This document shows positions 58,609 to 64,000 of a stretch of DNA of 64,000 nucleotides, in pieces. The DNA lies in contig QHBO01000007.1 in assembly GCA_003243965.1 (NCBI GenBank), forward strand, positions 14,843 to 78,842, given 5' to 3'. The notes below the pieces were generated by a model. That model had not been told where the DNA came from and searched no databases. It worked only from the letters and a program-made list of their open reading frames with translations. This DNA comes from Chloroflexota bacterium. Its GTDB lineage: Bacteria; Chloroflexota; Limnocylindria; QHBO01. The stretch's first letter is position 1, and the number at the start of each line of letters is the position of its first letter. A program made the translations under genes and the position numbers.

Positions 58609-59882
58609 TCGCCCTGCAGCGGCTGCGCGACGACCCCGACGGCGTGAAGCGGGACATCGCGCGGAAGGGCGAGCCGCCGGACGTGGTCGATCGGCTGCTC
58701 GCAGCCGATGCCCGCCGCCGCGAGCTGGAGGCGACTGCAAACGAGCTGCGCGCTCGGCGCAATGCCGGCAACCGGCAGCTCGGAGAGCTGATCCGCACCC
58801 AGCGCCGTGCGGAAGCGGAGGCGCTGAAGGCGGAGCTCGCCAACGTGTCGATCGAGGTCGACGCCATGACCGGCGGGCTGCGCGACATCGAGGAGTCGAT
58901 CGAGCACGACCTTCTGCTCGTCCCCAACCCGCCGCACGCATCGGTCCCCGACGGTCGTGGCGCTGAGGAAAACCCCGTCGTGCGGGAGTGGGGCGAGCGA
59001 CGCGCCGAGGGGTCGAGCGCCCCGCATTGGGAGATCGGGGAGCGTCTCGGCCTGTTCGACCTCGAGCGGGGTGCCAAGCTGGCGGGCTCCGGCTTCGTGC
59101 TGTACACCGGGGTCGGCGCGCGCCTGCAGCGGGCGCTGATCGGCTTCTTCATCGACCTCCACCTGGAGCGCCACGGCTACCGCGAGGTGTGGCCGCCGTT
59201 CGTGGTCAATGCGGCCTCCGCGCGGGGCACCGGGCAGCTGCCTGACAAAGAGGGGCAGATGTACGTCGTCGAGCGCGACGGCCTGTACCTGGTCCCGACC
59301 GCCGAGGTGCCGGTCACCAACATCTACCGCGACGAGATCCTGCCGGCCGGCGAGCTGCCCCTGAACGTGGTCGCCTACACGCCATGCTGGCGCCGGGAGG
59401 CCGGAGCCGCCGGCAGGGACACTCGCGGTCTGCTGCGCGTCCACCAGTTCGAGAAGGTGGAGATGGTCAAGCTCGTCCGCCCCGAGACGAGCTACGACGA
59501 GTTGGAGCGGCTGACCCGCGACGCGGAGGAGGCGGTCGAGGCGCTCGAGCTTCCATACCGCACCGTCGAGCGCTGCGGCGGCGACGTGGGCTTTGCCCAG
59601 GCCAAGGGCTATGACCTCGAGGCATGGGCGCCGGGGGTCGGAAAGTGGCTCGAGATCAGCTCCTGCTCGAATTACACCGACTTCCAGTCCCGCCGAATGA
59701 ACATCCGCTACCGCGACACGGCCGACGCCCGCCCCGAGCTGGTGCACACCCTGAACGGGAGCGGGCTCGCGCTGGCCCGCACGGTGGCGGCGCTCCTGGA
59801 GACGCACCTCCAGCCGGATGGATCGGTGCGCGTTCCGGCGGCGCTGCGACCACATCTCGGCGGCCTCGAGGCGATCCGCTAG
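58605..59882 (+). CDS. serS: Seryl-tRNA synthetase
   Basis: PTAEVP, RREAG, RVHQFEKVE, EISSCSN, TLNGSG. Confidence 0.97.
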   Translation: MIALQRLRDDPDGVKRDIARKGEPPDVVDRLLAADARRRELEATANELRARRNAGNRQLGELIRTQRRAEAEALKAELANVSIEVDAMTGGLRDIEESIEHDLLLVPNPPHASVPDGRGAEENPVVREWGERRAEGSSAPHWEIGERLGLFDLERGAKLAGSGFVLYTGVGARLQRALIGFFIDLHLERHGYREVWPPFVVNAASARGTGQLPDKEGQMYVVERDGLYLVPTAEVPVTNIYRDEILPAGELPLNVVAYTPCWRREAGAAGRDTRGLLRVHQFEKVEMVKLVRPETSYDELERLTRDAEEAVEALELPYRTVERCGGDVGFAQAKGYDLEAWAPGVGKWLEISSCSNYTDFQSRRMNIRYRDTADARPELVHTLNGSGLALARTVAALLETHLQPDGSVRVPAALRPHLGGLEAIR

Positions 59883-59933
59883 GCGCGGGTCGGGGTCTGC
59901 GGCGACCACGTTGCTCGCCCTATGCTCTCGGGT

Positions 59934-60797
59934 ATGGCCCTGATCCGGATCCTCAAGCGCGACGCGCCGGCTCTTAAGTCGCCGGTCGTGGTGGCCGCGT
60001 TCGACGGCTGGGTCGACGCCGGGCGGGCGGCGACCACCGCCGGTGAGCAGCTGGCCGAGGGGGGAGCGCTGGCGGCCACCTTCGATGCCGACGCCATCTT
60101 CGACTACCGATCGCGCCGGCCGATGCTCGACATCGTGGACGGCAGCCTGATCGGGCTCGAATGGCCGGAGCTGACGGTGCGTGCGGTCCGGCTTGGCGAG
60201 CGTGACCTGCTGATCCTCAGCGGGCCTGAGCCGGACTACCGATGGCGCGAGCTGGCGACCGAGGTGGTGGCCATGGTCCAGCAGTTCGAGGCGACCACCT
60301 GGATCAGCCTGGGGGCGATACCGGTTGCGACACCGCACACCCGCCCGGTGCGCGTGCTCGGCACGGCGTCGGCCAGCGGTCTGCTGCCGCCAGAGGTCAC
60401 GCAGGGACCCGAAGGCACCCTTCGGGTTCCGTCGGCCCTGGTGTCGGTCCTGGAGCTCGCGGTGGCGCGTGCCAGGATCCCGGCCCTCGGCTTCTTCGCC
60501 CAGGTGCCGCACTACATCAGCGCCGCGTATCCGAACGCGTCGATCGCGCTGCTCGAGCACGTTGGGCGCTTTCTCGGGATCGAGCCGCCGCTCGGCACGC
60601 TGCCGCAGAAAGCGCTCGAAACGCGCTCTCTGCTGGATGCCGCGACGACTGCCGACGACTCGACCAAGGCTTACGTCGCCCGCCTCGAGGAGATGGCCGA
60701 TGAGGCGCGCCTCCCGGAGGGCGACGACCTGATCGCCGACATCGAGCGATTCCTGCGTGAGCGGGGCGGCGGACCGGGAAGCGGTCGCCCCAACTGA
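59934..60797 (+). CDS. PAC2 (proteasome assembly chaperone-like) family protein
   Basis: AFDGWVDAG.AAT, FDYRSRRP, GPEPDYRW, PHTRP, VPHY. Confidence 0.88.
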   Translation: MALIRILKRDAPALKSPVVVAAFDGWVDAGRAATTAGEQLAEGGALAATFDADAIFDYRSRRPMLDIVDGSLIGLEWPELTVRAVRLGERDLLILSGPEPDYRWRELATEVVAMVQQFEATTWISLGAIPVATPHTRPVRVLGTASASGLLPPEVTQGPEGTLRVPSALVSVLELAVARARIPALGFFAQVPHYISAAYPNASIALLEHVGRFLGIEPPLGTLPQKALETRSLLDAATTADDSTKAYVARLEEMADEARLPEGDDLIADIERFLRERGGGPGSGRPN

Positions 60798-60826
60798 GGC
60801 GCGGAGCGCCACGCTACGATGTTCGC

Positions 60827-60914
60827 GGAGGGGTGGCCGAGCGGACGATGGCGGCGGTCTTGAAAACCGCTGAGGTGCAAGCCTCCGTGGGTTCGAATCC
60901 CACCCCCTCCGCCA
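60827..60914 (+). tRNA. tRNA-Ser(UGA)
   Basis: GGAGGGG/CCCCTCC acceptor stem, anticodon loop ct-TGA-aa, long variable arm, GGTTCGAATCC, CCA end. Confidence 0.95.
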
Positions 60915-60966
60915 CGCCGGCCGGAGTGTGTGGGGACGCCGGGTGGGATTGGGAGCAGAGGGAAAA

Positions 60967-61251
60967 ATGATGAACGCAAAGAGCCGCGCGGCGACGCTGA
61001 TGGGCTGGACCATCGTCGGCGCGCTCCTGGCCGCCACCGCCGCGCTGATCGCAGGGATCGGGCTTCTGAGGGTCCCACCTGGCGGCCCGCTGCCGCATTC
61101 CGACGCTGACGAGGGCGCGCCAGAGGACCCGGACATCGGCGAGCGTCCACAGGAGCGACGGCTCAGCGATGAGCCCGAGCTCGAGGAGCCGAGCCCGCTG
61201 CGCGAAAGTGGCTCTGCCGGCGACGAGCCGACCGACCCCTCGGCGCGCTGA
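60967..61251 (+). CDS. Small membrane-anchored protein with acidic tail
   Basis: One TM segment (WTIVGALLAATAALIAGIGLL) followed by a D/E/P-rich tail. Confidence 0.55.
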   Translation: MMNAKSRAATLMGWTIVGALLAATAALIAGIGLLRVPPGGPLPHSDADEGAPEDPDIGERPQERRLSDEPELEEPSPLRESGSAGDEPTDPSAR

Positions 61252-61272
61252 GTCCGGCAGCGGAGCCGACCC

Positions 61273-61701
61273 ACGGTCGCCGCCGTATCGGTCTTCGCGA
61301 TCGCGCTGATCGAGATCTGGGCCGCCGTTCCCGCCGGATTGGCGCTGGGTCTCAGCCCGATCCTGGTTTGGATCCTGACCGTCGGCGGCTCCCTGTTCGG
61401 TGTGACCGTCGCCGCCATTGCCGGCGAGCGGCTCCGGGCCTGGCTGCTGCGACGACGGGGCGCCGATACGCTGGCGGGGCAGGGCAGGCTCTATCGGCTG
61501 TGGCTCCGCTACGGGGTGATCGGCTGGGGCCTCGTTTCGCCGCTCGTCTTTGCACCACCGATGGGGACGGCGATCGGGCTTGCCCTCGGGGCGCCGCGGC
61601 AGCGGCTTCTGCCCTGGATGGGCGCCGGTGTGCTGATCTGGACGAGCATCCTGGTCGTGGCTGGCGCCGCCGGGGTGAGCTTCCTGGGCGGTCGCCACTG
61701 A
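61273..61701 (+). CDS. Small multidrug export (Sm_multidrug_ex)-like protein, start unresolved
   Basis: IEIWAAVPAGLALGL, W.RYGVIG.GL..P; the homologous region extends upstream of the first TTG (61339). Confidence 0.65.
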   Translation, partial: TVAAVSVFAIALIEIWAAVPAGLALGLSPILVWILTVGGSLFGVTVAAIAGERLRAWLLRRRGADTLAGQGRLYRLWLRYGVIGWGLVSPLVFAPPMGTAIGLALGAPRQRLLPWMGAGVLIWTSILVVAGAAGVSFLGGRH

Positions 61702-61740
61702 CCGGCTGAGCGGCCACCCTCGCCGAGTGGACGTCGGAGG

Positions 61741-62343
61741 CTAGCGGGCGGAGGCGGCGCCGTCGCCTGGGGCCGGCACCTCGTGGTGAAGCCGACAGCG
61801 CGCCTCGTAGGTCTCGTCGCCAAGGCCGCCGATCACGATCAGTGGCGAATCCGCGGGCGCGGGACGACCCCCGATCAGCCGCTGCGTGCGGGTCGCCGGC
61901 TCACCGCACACCACGCAGATTGCGGTCAGCTTGGTGACCTGGTCGGCGAGGGCGAGCAGGCGCGGCATCGGACCGAACGGTACGCCACGGAAGTCCTGGT
62001 CGAGACCTGTCACCAGGATCAGCTTCCCGGCCGCCGCGAGGCGCTCCACCACCTCGGGAAGCAGCGGATCGAAGAATTGCCCCTCCTCGATGCCCACGAT
62101 GTCTGCCTCGCCGACGAGCGACTCGATCTCCCTGGAGCTCTCGACGCTCACCGCGCGATGCTGCGCGCCTGACCGCGAGACGACCGTCACGTCATTGGTG
62201 CGCGTGTCGAGGCGAGGCTTGACCAGGATGACCTGCCGGCCGGCGATCGAGAAGCGCCGCAGCAGGCGCAGCATCTCGTCGGTCTTGCCGCAGAACATGC
62301 AGCCGCAGATGACGTGCACCCAGCCTGATGTGTAGAACATCAC
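61741..62343 (-). CDS. tdk: Thymidine kinase
   Basis: GCMFCGKT, KP.LDTR, EEGQFF, GLDQDFRG.PF, AICVVCG, YEARCR. Confidence 0.95.
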   Translation of the reverse strand: MMFYTSGWVHVICGCMFCGKTDEMLRLLRRFSIAGRQVILVKPRLDTRTNDVTVVSRSGAQHRAVSVESSREIESLVGEADIVGIEEGQFFDPLLPEVVERLAAAGKLILVTGLDQDFRGVPFGPMPRLLALADQVTKLTAICVVCGEPATRTQRLIGGRPAPADSPLIVIGGLGDETYEARCRLHHEVPAPGDGAASAR

Positions 62344-62400
62344 GCGTCCGGGCAGTCGGCGATGCCAGGAGCCGCATGTCCGCCGCGCGGAGCGCCGCGG

Positions 62401-63273
62401 TCAGTCACCGACGACGGGCGCGACCTCGGCCGCCGCAGCGTCACGCGGCAGCGCATCGCGCATCGCGTCAAGGGGGGCCTGCTGTCCGGACAGCAGGCTG
62501 AACGCCTCCGCCTGTCCGGTGAGGAAGCTCAGCTCCCCGTTGGCGACCGTTGCGCCCTGGCGGCGGGCCGCCTCGACGAGCGGGGTCGAGCCCCCGGACA
62601 TGACCAGGTCGAGGAGGTAGAGGTCGGCGGGAAGCGCCTCCGCCGGCACCGGGCTGCGACTGGCGTCTGACCCCTCTCCGCTGGCGTTCACCACCAGCCG
62701 CGCCTTGCCCAGCTCGGCCTCGATGATCGTGTCGTGCCACGGCAGCGCGCGCAGGTCCATGTGCTTCGCGCTACGCGCGAAGTGCGCCACCAGCGCCTCG
62801 GCCCGATGCAGGTGCCGGTTGAAGACCGCCACCCGCAGGAAGCCGGCACCGATGAGCACCGTGACCACGGCCCGTGCGCCGCCTCCGGATCCGAGTACCA
62901 CCGCCTGGCGTGGCCATTTTCCAGCCACGCGAGGCAGCAGCGCGGTCAGGCCGGCGCGGACTCCGGAGACATCGGTGTTGTGCCCGCGCAGCCGTGCTCC
63001 GGCGACCGCCACCACGTTGACCGCCCCGCTCGCCCGCGCATTGTCGGAGAGTGGGCCGGCCAGTGCCGCGGCCTTCTCCTTGTGCGGCGAGGCCACGATC
63101 GCGCCCGCGAACTCGCCGCCCTTGAGGGCCGCGAACGCCTCGGCCAGCTGATGCGGCTTGCGCTCCCAGCGCTCGATCCGGAGCTCGCTGCCGGTCGCCT
63201 CGATGGCGGCGCGCTGGACGGTTTCGATGGCGGTCGGGCCGAGTGGCTGACCGATGATGGCTAGGCGCTTCAC
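62401..63273 (-). CDS. Shikimate dehydrogenase (AroE)-like protein with altered substrate site
   Basis: PHK, GAVN, GHNTD, GSGGGARA and FNR retained; HSxSP and NVT absent. Confidence 0.75.
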   Translation of the reverse strand: MKRLAIIGQPLGPTAIETVQRAAIEATGSELRIERWERKPHQLAEAFAALKGGEFAGAIVASPHKEKAAALAGPLSDNARASGAVNVVAVAGARLRGHNTDVSGVRAGLTALLPRVAGKWPRQAVVLGSGGGARAVVTVLIGAGFLRVAVFNRHLHRAEALVAHFARSAKHMDLRALPWHDTIIEAELGKARLVVNASGEGSDASRSPVPAEALPADLYLLDLVMSGGSTPLVEAARRQGATVANGELSFLTGQAEAFSLLSGQQAPLDAMRDALPRDAAAAEVAPVVGD

Positions 63274-63353
63274 GGCTTTCTCGCATCCGGTCGGAGGGCA
63301 CTGCTCGGAGGTCGTGGTCCGGGGACCCCATGCTATCATCGGCGCCGGTCGCC

Positions 63354-63445
63354 GGAGAGGTCGCATAGTGGCCTAGTGCGGCGGTTTGCTAAACCGTTGA
63401 AGGGGGTTTCCTCTTCCGAGGGTTCGAATCCCTCCCTCTCCGCCA
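63354..63445 (+). tRNA. tRNA-Ser(GCU)
   Basis: GGAGAGG/CCTCTCC acceptor stem, anticodon loop tt-GCT-aa, long variable arm, CCA end. Confidence 0.95.
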
Positions 63446-63459
63446 GTGGCCCGCGTCGG

Positions 63460-63535
63460 GTGCCCGTAGCTCAGTGGATAGAGCGTCAGGTTGCGGACCT
63501 GAAGGTCGGAGGTTCGAGTCCTCTCGGGCACGCCA
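63460..63535 (+). tRNA. tRNA-Arg(GCG)
   Basis: GTGCCCG/CGGGCAC acceptor stem, tcagg-tt-GCG-ga-cctga anticodon arm, GGTTCGAGTCC, CCA end. Confidence 0.93.
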
Positions 63536-63734
63536 ATCCAGCCCTGCAGCTACGCGATGTCCTTATCGGCGGCGCACTCCCACGCGTCTCGTGCATGAAC
63601 CGGTACAAGGAACCGACTTCGCCTGTTCAGTCCCTCCGGGCGCGCCAGTCTCCTCCGCGGCGTGGGCCCAGGAAGAGCCTGGTACGCAACTCGGCGGGAG
63701 CGGTGCCCCTTCGACGCTGTGTGCTCGCCGTCGA

Positions 63735-64000
63735 TCAAGGGACGCGCAAGATGCGGACGGGATCGCGGAATGCGGCAAGGAGCGCGGGCGGCACCCCGGC
63801 GGCGAGTGCCATCAGTAGCGCGAGAACGCTTACGCCGAGGATAAAGGCCGGATCTGGTAGCGAACCGGCGAGCCGCAGCACAGCCAAGAGCCCGACTACG
63901 GTGCCGGCCACCGACCCTATCAGCGCAGCTACGCCGGTCTGTATGAGCACAAGGAGGACGACTGCTGATCGCGTCGCGCCCAGAGCGCGCCGCCGTCCAA
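63735..64000 (-). CDS. 3' end of an FtsX/MacB-like ABC permease (truncated by the window edge)
   Basis: GRRRALGATRS...PALLAAFRDPVRILRVP*. Confidence 0.75.
   Translation of the reverse strand, partial: GRRRALGATRSAVVLLVLIQTGVAALIGSVAGTVVGLLAVLRLAGSLPDPAFILGVSVLALLMALAAGVPPALLAAFRDPVRILRVP

Noticed and set aside
62280-62320. Thymidine kinase P-loop GCMFCGKT
   Set aside because: The GKT core and all other motifs are intact; minor variation

Overview
High-GC bacterial core-chromosome window. The class I LysRS, the zinc-ribbon RpoN, the PAMD/LASG CoaBC and the gene style suggest Chloroflexota, but that is an inference. It holds about 60 CDS and 3 tRNAs (Ser-UGA, Ser-GCU, Arg-GCG). Main blocks are acyl-CoA/B12-mutase catabolism (ICM-type mutase large subunit, B12-binding subunit, meaB, hbd, two ACADs, fadD, thiolase), an osmoprotectant ABC transporter, coaX-coaBC-panC-like, rpoN, hppA-uppP and greA-lysS-serS, with a possible island edge after tRNA-Arg. 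The most unusual signals are: (1) intact-ORF paralogs with eroded active sites (PanC-like in the CoA operon, a GDH paralog lacking its catalytic lysines, AroE-like, NERD-like); (2) a candidate nucleoid protein with RHH, coiled coil, 3 AT-hooks and a winged helix; (3) an unannotated promoter-plus-terminator small RNA at about 41.6 kb that shares a GGTGCCCA hairpin loop with a structured region behind a BldC-like gene; (4) an MshC-like ligase and a GT2 carrying a CysRS C-terminal-like domain; (5) pervasive leaderless promoter architecture; (6) a DtxR/IdeR box on an FTR1 iron permease; (7) a greA attenuator; (8) a collapsed dienelactone hydrolase pseudogene. All calls come from motif recognition by eye; no searches were run.
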